In this document: one piece after another, positions 33,849 to 42,695 of the stretch | Position numbering within the stretch: the stretch's first letter is position 1 | Layout of the letters: each line of letters opens with the position of its first letter | Translations under genes and position numbers: made by a program | The notes under the pieces: generated by a model | Database searches by the model: none | What the model was told of the DNA's origin: nothing | What the model saw: the letters and a program-made list of their open reading frames with translations, nothing else | NCBI GenBank assembly: GCA_043750195.1 | Contig: JAYVCB010000163.1 | Location: 1 to 53,928, forward strand | Length of the DNA: 53,928 nucleotides | Origin: Planctomyces sp. | GTDB taxonomy: Bacteria; Planctomycetota; Planctomycetia; Planctomycetales; Planctomycetaceae | Direction of reading: 5' to 3'

Positions 33849-33948
33849 GATTCACGCTCCGAGGATCAAGATAAAAAACGACTCGCGAGGCCGCTCGCCA
33901 GCCGCCACATCTGATCGACTCGTGGCCGACGCTGCCAGCGTCGGCGAA

Positions 33949-34046
33949 GTAACCCGAAGCGTCAGCGAGGGCGGGCGCTCCGAACGACGATGATCCTGTG
34001 ATGGATTGTCGGTGAAGCGCCCGCCCTCGCTGAAGCTTCGGGTTAC
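33949..34046. repeat. 31-bp-arm palindrome (GTAA-headed)
   Basis: gtaacccgaagcgtcagcgagggcgggcgct (33949-33979) pairs with agcgcccgccctcgctgaagcttcgggttac (34016-34046); 1 mismatch and a 36-nt spacer. It is preceded by a small hairpin, gccgacgc tgcca gcgtcggc (33925-33945). Confidence 0.9.
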
Positions 34047-34050
34047 GATG

Positions 34051-36006
34051 TCACGGCAAATCCCACACGGTTCCGTACGCTCCTTCGCGTTCGAAGTGAT
34101 CGAGCAGTCGCCGATAAAAATCGTGATTCGCGAGCGTGCTGCTGTCGCCGATGACGATCAGTTTGCGGCGTGCTCGCGTGAGAGCGACGTTCGTGCGGCG
34201 CGTGTCGGCGAGGAAGCCGACTTCGCCGGCCGTGTTCGAGCGCACCAGCGAGATCACGACCGCTTCTTTCTCGCGGCCTTGGAAGCCATCCACGGTGTCG
34301 ATCTCGATCGCCGCGTTGTCGAGCAGCGTTCGTAGCAGCCGGGCTTGTGCGGCATACGGAGTGATGATCGCGATCTCGGACGGAGTGACGCCCGCTGCGA
34401 GTAGCTCCTGAACTTGCCGAGCGACGATGTCTGCTTCTCCCGGATTATTGCGGCTCGAACCATCGGCCTCGGCCTGTTCAACACAGTCCGAGCCGGCCGT
34501 ATCGATGAATTGCATCGCCGTTTGAGTGAAAGGGCAGGGGGCGACGTGAGGCAGATCGGCCAAGACATGCTCTCTCACGCAGTCGGCGGCGATCAGCGAG
34601 GAATCGTAGAACTCGTCGGAAGAGAACCGCATGATTTGCTCGTGCATCCGGTACTGCGTCGTGAGCTGCCGCGAGATGACATCACCGCAACTCGCGACAA
34701 GCCGCTCCATCAGGCTGATGTCAAAGCCGAGTTGCTTCGCTGCGTTCGACAGGATCGTCGGCGGCAACTGCCAATGATCGCCCGCCAGCACCAGCCGTTT
34801 GGCTCGCAGCAACGGAATCCAACAAGCCGGCTCGGTGGTCTGAGCCGCCTCGTCGATCACCGCCAAGTCGAACTGCAACTTGCCGAGCAACTCGTCATCC
34901 AGCCCCGTCAGCGTCGCACACACGACCGTTGCTGATTCGAGCAAGTGCGCGACCAGCCGTTCTTCCAACTTCCGAGCATCGGCCAGCAATCGATTGGCCT
35001 CGTCCCGTTGATCACGTCGCGCACCTTTCTCCGGAGCGGTTCGCGTGAATTTGCTCGCCTGACGCCGCAGTGCCCACGCTTGTTTCTTCCACTCACGAGC
35101 CAACTTCAAATCGGGATGCGCCGCCACTTGCAGGTCGAGCGTGTGCTCGCGCAGCTCCGGCAACACGCGAGCCGGATGCCCCACGCGAATCGCTCGCTCA
35201 CCCGCCGCCAGCAAGCGTTCCAACAGATTATCGACCGCCAGATTGCTGGGAGCACACGCGAGCACACGCTCGCCGCGCTGCACGGCCTGCCGAATGAGTT
35301 CGACAACCGCCGTCGTCTTCCCCGTCCCCGGCGGACCATGAATGACCGCGACCTCTTTCGCCGCCAACGCATGAGCCACGGCCGCGCATTGCGATTCATC
35401 AAGCTGCTCGGCATCCGCTGTGTAGCCGCATTTCGCCAGAACGCGGGCATCTGGCCCAAGCCCCGCGTTCTGGCGAAGCGCGGCGACACAGTCATCGAAC
35501 TCCGGCGGTTCCTCACCGAGCAACTTTCGCTTCAGCGCCGCAAGCCGGCCGTGATCCGCAGCCGCCACTTGCTTGAGTGCCGCTCGCTGTCGCTCGCGCG
35601 AGATTTCATCCGACGACCAGTCCAATCGAAACGTCTGCCGATCATTGCTCGGTTCCGGAGACTGAGTCAGTGCGACCGTGATCGTCTCGCGATCACGGCC
35701 GGTGACGACGCCGCGACACGCGACACTTTCCGTGGCGTGCTCTTCGGAGAGAACGACCGGACTGCCGGAGTTCAGCTTCGTCCACGGCAATTCAACGCGC
35801 CGATCGCGCTTGCCCAGCGTGAGCAGCACTCGCCCACCGAACCCGGCCGCTTCCTCGCGAATCGCCAGGCTGAGCAGGCATCGGCCGGATCGCTCGGCGG
35901 ACTCGCCGCCCGTCTGCCGAGACAGCTTCACGACGTCGTGGGCTTCCGCTTCGGCTTCCAGTTCGAGGCACCGCAGCAGGTTTTGAAAATGGTCGGTGGA
36001 GTTCAT
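34051..36006 (-). CDS. Superfamily-1 helicase of the Upf1/IGHMBP2-like (AAA_11/AAA_12) type
   Basis: 651 aa with an N-terminal barrel-like region. Contains Walker A GPPGTGKTT, motif II VIDEAAQ, TVDGFQGREKEAVVISLVRSN and NVALTRARRKLIVIGD. Confidence 0.9.
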   Translation of the reverse strand: MNSTDHFQNLLRCLELEAEAEAHDVVKLSRQTGGESAERSGRCLLSLAIREEAAGFGGRVLLTLGKRDRRVELPWTKLNSGSPVVLSEEHATESVACRGVVTGRDRETITVALTQSPEPSNDRQTFRLDWSSDEISRERQRAALKQVAAADHGRLAALKRKLLGEEPPEFDDCVAALRQNAGLGPDARVLAKCGYTADAEQLDESQCAAVAHALAAKEVAVIHGPPGTGKTTAVVELIRQAVQRGERVLACAPSNLAVDNLLERLLAAGERAIRVGHPARVLPELREHTLDLQVAAHPDLKLAREWKKQAWALRRQASKFTRTAPEKGARRDQRDEANRLLADARKLEERLVAHLLESATVVCATLTGLDDELLGKLQFDLAVIDEAAQTTEPACWIPLLRAKRLVLAGDHWQLPPTILSNAAKQLGFDISLMERLVASCGDVISRQLTTQYRMHEQIMRFSSDEFYDSSLIAADCVREHVLADLPHVAPCPFTQTAMQFIDTAGSDCVEQAEADGSSRNNPGEADIVARQVQELLAAGVTPSEIAIITPYAAQARLLRTLLDNAAIEIDTVDGFQGREKEAVVISLVRSNTAGEVGFLADTRRTNVALTRARRKLIVIGDSSTLANHDFYRRLLDHFEREGAYGTVWDLP

Positions 36007-36031
36007 GGGGTCGTGCGATCTCTGTTCGGAC

Positions 36032-36125
36032 GGGCTGGCGGAAAATGGAGGGCGAAAAATGAAGGCAGGCGACAGACCACTTGTCGTCTGTGGTTCATCT
36101 TTCGCCCTTCATCTTATGCCAGCCC
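36032..36125. repeat. About 94-nt palindrome of the gctggcggaaaatggagggcgaaaaatgaagg family
   Basis: gggctggcggaaaatggagggcgaaaaatgaaggcaggcgacagaccac ... gtggttcatctttcgcccttcatcttatgccagccc. Confidence 0.8.
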
Positions 36126-36144
36126 AATCCGGAGCGAACCCTAC

Positions 36145-36264
36145 CTAAGAGCGTCTAACAGAATGAAACCCGATCGACGTTCGGAATGCGAGTCGCGGGA
36201 GCGACTCGCCAACGTAGCTCAGTCGCTCCCGCGACTGAGATCTCATTCTGTGAGACGCTCTAAG
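36145..36264 (+). mobile_element. 120-nt MITE-like palindromic element, copy 3
   Basis: Termini are ctaagagcgtctaacagaatga / tcattctgtgagacgctctaag (20 of 22 complementary). The core is gaatgcgagtcgcgggagcgactcgccaacgtagctcagtcgctcccgcgactgaga. Confidence 0.85.
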
Positions 36265-36519
36265 CATCTCTCAGAGGCCGGAGTGAGTCGCTTGCCGAGC
36301 GATCGCCGGCAAACGAAGAACGCTTGAAGCGATTGGGAAAACTGCACCGGCCGGCTTTGGCCAGCACGACCGCTCTGATCGGACCCGGCTTTCTAGATTC
36401 GCCAGGCGCTTTGACCAGACAGGTTTAGCTGACCGCGCAAGTCTTCCGATGACGAATGGGAGGGGACTTGGCTGATCGCAGCACGCCCCGGACGAAAACG
36501 CCAGCTTGAAGAGTCCATC

Positions 36520-37968
36520 ATGCGATACGACTTAATTGTCCTGGGGCACGATCAACACGGCCGGCTGGCCGCGCTGGAGGCCGCCCAATGCGACAAGCGT
36601 GTGGCGTTGATCGAATGCCGCAATGACGAAGCGCCGCCGACTCAGTCGCTCCGCGATGCGGCATTGCTCCTGACTGGATTGCGCTCGCGTGAGAAATCGC
36701 TTCAACGGTGCGTCCGCGATCGCCGAGAAACGATGCAGCAACTGTGGCAAGTCTCGAACGATGCTGCGCAACAGGAAGCGGTCTCGTTCGAGACGCGCTT
36801 GAGTCAGCACGGAGTCGAACTCATCGACGGGCGGCCGCAGTTTGTCGGGCCGAATGAAGTTGAGGTCAGCACTCACTCGAACGGGACGCGACTGCTGACA
36901 GCCGACAACATTTTGTTGGCCGTCGGCACGAAGCCGATTCGGCCAAACTGGATACCGTTCGACGGTCAGACGATCCTCGACAGCGATGAATTGTTGGCGC
37001 TGCCGCGGCTGCCGAAGTCGATGATCGTGATCGGTGCCGACCTCGCGGCATTAGAGTCCGCGATGTTCTTCGCCGCGCTCGGAACGCGCGTGGTCTTCGT
37101 CGATCCGCAGCCGAGACTGCTGGCGTCTTGGGATCGGGAGCTCATCCATCGGTTCCGACAACAAGCGTTGCGTTGCGGTGTCCGATTCCGGTTCGGCCGG
37201 TCGGTTCAGGCCATCGAGAAAACTTACGATGATCGCGCGTCCGTTCGATTGGTGGGAGGCAAAACCTTGCTGGCGGAGTGTGTGCTGTACGCCGCCGGTC
37301 GCTGCGGCAACACGAGTTCGCTGAATCTCAGCGCGGCCGGTTTACTGCCCGATGAGCAAGGTCGCTTGTGGTGCAACGAGCAGGGCCAGACATGGATCAA
37401 ACACATTTATGGAATTGGTGACGTCGTCGGTTTTCCGGTTCTCGCCCGCACATCGTTGAATCAAAGTCGCCGAGTGATCGAATCTCTGTTTGGGCTGGAG
37501 TCGAACGCCGCGTCGCCGATTTCTCACGGGCTGTTGACGATTCCCGAACTCGCGATGGTCGGTGCGACGGAAGAACAACTCGGCCACGACCTCGTTGCCT
37601 ACGAAGTCGGAGTCGCGCGGTTTGCGGACATGTCGCGCGGTCAGATCAGCGGTTCGCCGTCGGCAATGCTGAAGCTGCTCTTCCATCGTGAATCGTTGGA
37701 GCTTCTGGGGGTTCACTGCCTGAGCGAGTCGGCAACCGAACTGATCCGCCTCGGCGAGACGGTGATGTCACTCGGCGGAACGGTCGAGTCGTTTCTCGAC
37801 AAGAACTTGGGCGAAGCACCGCTGACGGCGTGTTATCGACAAGCTGCCGAGAACGGACTCGCATGCCTTGCGGACGAGTCGCTCGCAACTCCGCGTCCCC
37901 CCAAATTCCAATCGCGATCCAGAAAAGCATCAGCGAAACATCGCCGGCTGGTGCCAAGTCCACGCTGA
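36520..37968 (+). CDS. SthA-like pyridine nucleotide-disulfide oxidoreductase homologue with degenerate cofactor motifs
   Basis: 482 aa and colinear with soluble transhydrogenase (YAAGRCGNTSSL, IYGIGDVVGFPVLA, LKLLFHRESLELLGVHC). The FAD GxGxxG reads GHDQHG, the redox-centre region is missing, and the NAD GxGxxG reads GADLAA. Confidence 0.75.
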   Translation: MRYDLIVLGHDQHGRLAALEAAQCDKRVALIECRNDEAPPTQSLRDAALLLTGLRSREKSLQRCVRDRRETMQQLWQVSNDAAQQEAVSFETRLSQHGVELIDGRPQFVGPNEVEVSTHSNGTRLLTADNILLAVGTKPIRPNWIPFDGQTILDSDELLALPRLPKSMIVIGADLAALESAMFFAALGTRVVFVDPQPRLLASWDRELIHRFRQQALRCGVRFRFGRSVQAIEKTYDDRASVRLVGGKTLLAECVLYAAGRCGNTSSLNLSAAGLLPDEQGRLWCNEQGQTWIKHIYGIGDVVGFPVLARTSLNQSRRVIESLFGLESNAASPISHGLLTIPELAMVGATEEQLGHDLVAYEVGVARFADMSRGQISGSPSAMLKLLFHRESLELLGVHCLSESATELIRLGETVMSLGGTVESFLDKNLGEAPLTACYRQAAENGLACLADESLATPRPPKFQSRSRKASAKHRRLVPSPR

Positions 37969-37976
37969 GATTCCCC

Positions 37977-38039
37977 GTAGCTCGGCTCTCCAGGGCCGAG
38001 CAAACCTGCGCCGATCTCGGCGCTGGAGAGCCGAGCTAC
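37977..38039. repeat. GTAG-headed REPIN-like palindrome
   Basis: gtagctcggctctccag (37977-37993) pairs with ctggagagccgagctac (38023-38039). An inner pair gccgag/ctcggc is also present. Confidence 0.9.
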
Positions 38040-38251
38040 AGGCTTTTCGGATCGCTTCTGTTTTCCGATGGTGACCCGGGGCCGAGTCAAACCGGCTGTG
38101 CTCCACTCGCACAGCAGCGCGTTCCGGAACGCCAACGAGGCTGACGCTCCCGGTATTTACTTTGAGCGGAATGGCGCTAGCCACCGGTGTCGTGGGATCG
38201 ATTTCCCATGTCAAAACCGGCGGCGAGCGCCATGCCGCTCGCCACCGAGAT

Positions 38252-38644
38252 TCACTGACCACCACCCAGCCACCAGCCGAGCCACACGGCCAACAGGCAG
38301 AACACGACATTCGCAGCCATGTTGAGTAGAGCCAGCGCGAACGTGTCATCGTGAGCCAGCATCAGCGTGTCAAAGCTGAAGGCCGAGAACGTCGTCAGCG
38401 CACCGAGTCCGCCAGTGACCAGCAGCAACCGCCATTCGTCGCTCAGTTGCTCGCGTCGGTACAACGCCATCAGCACACCGATGGCGAAGCAGCCGACCAC
38501 GTTGACCAACAGAGTGCTCAGCGGCCAGAAACGTCCAAGTGTGCTTTCCAGCAACCGGCGGCAGAGTTCGTTCGAGGCATGTCGCGCGACGGCACCGATC
38601 GCGCCGCCGATCGCCACCAACAACACGCCGAGCCACGGACGCAT
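38252..38644 (-). CDS. crcB: Fluoride ion channel CrcB/FluC
   Basis: 130 aa with four TM segments. Contains GGAIGAVAR, STLLVNVVGCFAIG and GGLGALTTFSAFS. Confidence 0.92.
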   Translation of the reverse strand: MRPWLGVLLVAIGGAIGAVARHASNELCRRLLESTLGRFWPLSTLLVNVVGCFAIGVLMALYRREQLSDEWRLLLVTGGLGALTTFSAFSFDTLMLAHDDTFALALLNMAANVVFCLLAVWLGWWLGGGQ

Positions 38645-38656
38645 GATTTCCCCACC

Positions 38657-38683
38657 GTAGGCACAGGCGGCTCGCCTGTGCCT
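38657..38683. repeat. GTAG-headed 11-bp hairpin (aggcacaggcg type)
   Basis: gtAGGCACAGGCGgctCGCCTGTGCCT, immediately upstream of the crcB start. Confidence 0.8.
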
Positions 38684-38720
38684 CTTCGTTCAACGTCAAA
38701 CCTCGCCGGGACGCAAGAAA

Positions 38721-38774
38721 CGTAGACGAGTCACTCCGTGATTCGAATTCGAGTCACTCCGTGACTCGCCTACG
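38721..38774. repeat. GTAG-headed palindrome, same family as 7518-7568
   Basis: cgtagacgagtcactccgtgattcgaattcgagtcactccgtgactcgcctacg. The 18-mer gtagacgagtcactccgt is identical to 7518-7535. Confidence 0.9.
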
Positions 38775-38790
38775 TTGTGGCTACACCGCA

Positions 38791-40050
38791 TTACTTCCCC
38801 TCGGCGATCTTCCACAGAAACGCATCACTCCGAATGAAGAGCGCGTTGCCATCAATCGCCGGCGTGCTCTGAATGATGTCGGCCGGGTCATTCTTGCCGA
38901 GCGTGAGTTCGCTCTTGCCGACGACTTCGCCCTTCTCGCCACCAAGCTGCACGACTTGGCAAACTCCGGTCTCGCTGACGAAGTACAACCGATCTGCGGT
39001 CGCGACCGGAGACGCGGTGAACGGCCCCTCAAGCCGCAGTTGCCACGCCGTCTGGCCGTCTTCGACATTCGCACATGCCAGCACTCCGGCTCCACCGAGC
39101 ACATAAGCCTTCTTACCGAGCACCAGCGGAGTGGGCGTTGCCGGGCCGAGCTTGGCGACATTCCAAAGTTGTTTCGGTTCGGACTTGCCCGCTTCGGTTT
39201 GCAGGACGGTCAATCCATTCGAGGGGACATAAGCGAGACCCTCCGAGACGGTCAGCGAAGGAATTGTCGACGCACCGCTTTTGTAGGTCCAAACGACTTC
39301 GCCTGATTGCGGTTTGACCGCTTCGACACCAGCGGACGACTGCAACAGCGCGAGCGTTTCGCCAGTGGCGGCATCTTTCAGCGGCGACGGCGACGTCCAA
39401 CTGGCTCGCTTCGGACGAGTCCGTTTCCAGCGTGACTCGCCGGTGTAGACATCCAAGCCGTTCGCGAACGAGTCGGCATCATTCTCCGTCTGAGCGACCA
39501 GCGTGTCACCAATCACGATCGGTGACGAGGCCATGCCCAGACTGTTGCTGCAATTCGGAAAGTCGTGCGTGATGCCTCGGAACCACTGCAAGTTGCCGTC
39601 GAGGTCGAGGCAGACGATGTCGTTGCTCGAAAAGAGCGCGAAGATTCGCTGCCCATCACTGCACGGCGATGAGGCCGCTGTGCAGGTCTTCGGATGCGTC
39701 ATGGTGCGACCAGTCGCCCAGAACTGACGCTCCCACAACTTCTGTCCCTTCGCAACATCGAAGCACAACACATGCAACCGATCCTGAGCAAAGCCGCTGC
39801 TGCACGTCACGAAGACGCGACCATTCACCACGATCGGACTGCCCAACCCGCGTCCCGGCAACGCGACCTTCCAACCAATGTTTTGCGGCTTGTCACCATC
39901 GACCCATTCGGTCGGCAGCTTGGAGTCCAACGCGACCGCGGACGAATCACTGCCGCGGAACTGTCGCCAATCAGCGAAACTGGATGGGACAATCAACAAA
40001 CTGGCAAGAACCACAAGCCACGATCCGCTGGCACTCTTCGAGCATGTCAT
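38791..40050 (-). CDS. PQQ-like beta-propeller repeat protein (BamB-like fold), secreted
   Basis: 419 aa with a signal peptide. Starts with WRQFRGSDSS and repeated motifs follow, such as GSPIVVNGRVFV, DGNLQWF and SPVATADRLYFVSETG. Confidence 0.8.
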   Translation of the reverse strand: MTCSKSASGSWLVVLASLLIVPSSFADWRQFRGSDSSAVALDSKLPTEWVDGDKPQNIGWKVALPGRGLGSPIVVNGRVFVTCSSGFAQDRLHVLCFDVAKGQKLWERQFWATGRTMTHPKTCTAASSPCSDGQRIFALFSSNDIVCLDLDGNLQWFRGITHDFPNCSNSLGMASSPIVIGDTLVAQTENDADSFANGLDVYTGESRWKRTRPKRASWTSPSPLKDAATGETLALLQSSAGVEAVKPQSGEVVWTYKSGASTIPSLTVSEGLAYVPSNGLTVLQTEAGKSEPKQLWNVAKLGPATPTPLVLGKKAYVLGGAGVLACANVEDGQTAWQLRLEGPFTASPVATADRLYFVSETGVCQVVQLGGEKGEVVGKSELTLGKNDPADIIQSTPAIDGNALFIRSDAFLWKIAEGK

Positions 40051-40089
40051 TTTGAGCCTCCACGAGTCGGAGATTCGGCCGTAGCCGTC

Positions 40090-40329
40090 TCACAGAGAAT
40101 AGATCGGCACCGAAACTTCACGCCCCGCTTTACGGCGATTCCGCAAGCTGTCTTGAATCGTCTTCAGAACATTGGCTGAAAAGAACCTCGCGCCGCAATG
40201 CGGGCAAACGCCAGCCGGCACATTTTCAAAGAGCACATGCTTGCGCTTCACGACGCGGTGCAGCGTGACTCGCCGACCAACGACGGCGTGACCGCAATGC
40301 TCACATTTTTCACCATCCCAAAATGACAT
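40090..40329 (-). CDS. YgiT-type zinc-ribbon protein (MqsA N-terminal-domain-like, no HTH)
   Basis: 79 aa. CEHCG ... NVPAGVCPHCGARFF is the two-CxxC YgiT/MqsA zinc-finger layout. It starts 15 nt after the DUF4258 reading frame. Confidence 0.75.
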   Translation of the reverse strand: MSFWDGEKCEHCGHAVVGRRVTLHRVVKRKHVLFENVPAGVCPHCGARFFSANVLKTIQDSLRNRRKAGREVSVPIYSL

Positions 40330-40344
40330 CGTTCTTTCCTTACG

Positions 40345-40617
40345 TTAAACGGGATTGTCCGCATAGACCGTGATGACGCGAATCTTGCCGCCGGATGACA
40401 GTTGGCAAACGATCCCAATTGTCCGGCCGTCGAAAGTCTCATCGATCAACTCGTATTTCTATTCTCGTGGCCAATTGCGTCGCATGCGATCCGTCAACAG
40501 TCCGCATTCAACGTCGTAGATGTCGAACCCATCCTCGTCGGCCTCTTCGATCGCGTGTTCGGTCAAGTAATAGAGACCTTCACTGACCAACGATTGAATG
40601 AGACCGATTTTGCTCAC
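40345..40617 (-). pseudogene. DUF4258-like toxin gene interrupted by an in-frame TAG
   Basis: My own translation from GTG 40617 (ggag 9-12 nt upstream): MSKIGLIQSLVSEGLYYLTEHAIEEADEDGFDIYDVECGLLTDRMRRNWPRE. A TAG follows at 40459-40461. The same frame then continues KYELIDETFDGRTIGIVCQLSSGGKIRVITVYADNPV to the TAA at 40345-40347. Neither half reaches the 60-aa cut-off of the ORF track. Confidence 0.7.
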
Positions 40618-40637
40618 AACTCATCACTCCGCCAAGG

Positions 40638-41783
40638 CTACTTCTGCGATGTCGTTTGAGCAGGCTGCGAAGGCAGGCCCTGGCCAGACAAGTCAGCGAC
40701 GCGAAGCTGAAACTCGTACCGCTGAGCCCAGTCATCCTTCTGTTCGTTCTGGCAAAGCTTCAGCAGGATCGTGTTGGCACCGGGCTTCAGTTCGCCGCGC
40801 ACTCGGTATTGGTCGATGGCCATGCCGCGATGGTATTCGTCGCGGCCGAACAACAGCTTGCCGTTGACCCAAATCTTCCAAGCGTTCGGCGTGCCGAGCC
40901 GGAATTCGACGACACGCGCGCCCGGGCTGTGAAACTCGGTCGTCAGATACATGGCCGCTCCTTTGTACGGAGCGATTTGCTTGGCGATGTTGACGATGCC
41001 GTACTCGTGGTCGGTCGCGACCTTGTCCCAGGCGACCTCCCCCTTCTGGCCTTCGTACTTGGCGGCGATGTCGAGCTTTTCTTCGGGCGGGTAAGCGATG
41101 TCGAAGCCCTTCAGACCCTCGTTGTCGAACGGGCCGACGACTCGCCACGACGTCAGAAAGCCGAAGTGCTTCTGGAGGTCAATCTCTTCCTTCAATCCCT
41201 TGAGCTGTTTGGCAATCGTTTTGACTTGGTCATCGTCGGTCGCGCCGGACAAGGCTTTCTTGAACGCGGCCTTCGCGTCGTCGTCGGCTTTGTCCTTGAG
41301 CGACTTCTCGCCAGAAGCAATCAGCCGAGCGACCGCATCGCGGCGAAACTCCGGACTCGGATCGAGCAGCAGGTCCGGGATGATCCGATCCGGTGCGGAG
41401 TTATCCACACGCACCAGCAACTCATAGGCGAGACGTCGGCCCCGCGGATCTTGCTCGACATCGCGAATCAGCTTTTCGAGCGATTCCTTCGGCAACGACT
41501 TTCCCGCCTTGAGCGTCCGGTCCGCGATGGACTCGACCGCACCGCGCAGATAATTCGCCGCGAGCGGATTCGCGTCACGGAATCCCCTCAGCACGGCGGG
41601 CAAGGCGGACACGTCCTGTTGCGACAATTCGACAACCGCTTGATTCGCCTCGCGGTTGCCCCGCCCTTCGCGGCCGACAGCCTTAATCGCCTGCACCAGC
41701 GTCGCAGTATCGGCGGCGATGCAGTGCAGAGGCGGAATCAAGAGCGTCGCGATCAAAACAACACGGACCGTCGAACGTGGCAT
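40638..41783 (-). CDS. Secreted protein with N-terminal HEAT/ARM-like helical repeats and a C-terminal beta-sandwich, function unknown
   Basis: ORF 40638..42596 trimmed to ATG 41783 (MPRSTVRVVLIATLLIPPLHCIAA signal). The sequence upstream of that ATG is not protein-like. Confidence 0.65.
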   Translation of the reverse strand: MPRSTVRVVLIATLLIPPLHCIAADTATLVQAIKAVGREGRGNREANQAVVELSQQDVSALPAVLRGFRDANPLAANYLRGAVESIADRTLKAGKSLPKESLEKLIRDVEQDPRGRRLAYELLVRVDNSAPDRIIPDLLLDPSPEFRRDAVARLIASGEKSLKDKADDDAKAAFKKALSGATDDDQVKTIAKQLKGLKEEIDLQKHFGFLTSWRVVGPFDNEGLKGFDIAYPPEEKLDIAAKYEGQKGEVAWDKVATDHEYGIVNIAKQIAPYKGAAMYLTTEFHSPGARVVEFRLGTPNAWKIWVNGKLLFGRDEYHRGMAIDQYRVRGELKPGANTILLKLCQNEQKDDWAQRYEFQLRVADLSGQGLPSQPAQTTSQK

Positions 41784-42695
41784 GGCATCCTCGTGCAGCA
41801 GAAGGTGGGAGAGTGTGGAGCGATCTGTGGTACCTTGGTGAGCGGTCATCCGCTCACAGTCCAAATCGTAGCGGATCGACTGGCCTGCGAAAGCGAACGG
41901 AGGTTGTTCAATCTGAGGCGCGGCCGCCCCAGCTCGCCATAAAGTCTCTGGGATGGCCGAGGGAGGTCTTGTCAGTCGTGTGCGATTGGCTGGCGATGGT
42001 GAACAAGTCTTTGCACAATGTTCGGCGTCCGATTCCCTGCTGGCGGGAGTGCAGCGCATGTCCGACGTTCGCGCGATTCGAGTCTTCAGCGCCTCGCCGA
42101 GGGATTGGGCGATGGAGCGGCGGGGTGTCGCCGTCGGGTGGAAGAGCTTGAGCAACTCTAGGTCGGCTGTCACCGACCAGCGGCTCGCGATCGCAGGCGG
42201 ACGCTCACTCGCGAGTCTCCCGGCGAGCGATGGCCCACCAGTCATCAGTGCTCGTTCCATCGGACCGAAGACCGACTGAGAGGAGTGTAGAGCATCGCCG
42301 ACATCCACACGATTCGCATCTTCATCACCTTGCCGGGGAGAAGTGGAGGTGTGGGCGATGAAAGACATGATTGACTTACTCAACGACCCGAAGAAAGGAT
42401 TGGCAACCAAATGTCTCCCATGGATGGCGAAACAAACAAACCGGCGAATGCCCCCGACGTTCTCGATGACTGCCGCGCTATGTTGCGGTTTGCATTGAGG
42501 GAAGCATTGCCATTGTCCGACGAATTGCGCGGCGATGTCGCGTGCATGGATCTTGCTCTCAAACACTTCTGGGTAAGTGGCCCGTATGACGATCAAGCGA
42601 GTGTTAGTACGCCGTCATTGTCGTCACCATTTACTTCGCACCGAGCCAAATCCAAAAAAAATCGTAGAGCTGACCCCGGACCGAGCGAGGATGTC

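Noticed and set aside
38645-38720. Possible fluoride (crcB-motif) riboswitch upstream of crcB
   Set aside because: The minus-strand leader has a GGCGA start and a CCUAC about 45 nt later. The conserved core elements of the crcB motif (UUCGCC pairing, AACCGCC, GCUGAUGA) are not present. The hairpin aggcacaggcg/cgcctgtgcct looks like another GTAG-headed REP. An Infernal search with RF01734 would settle this.
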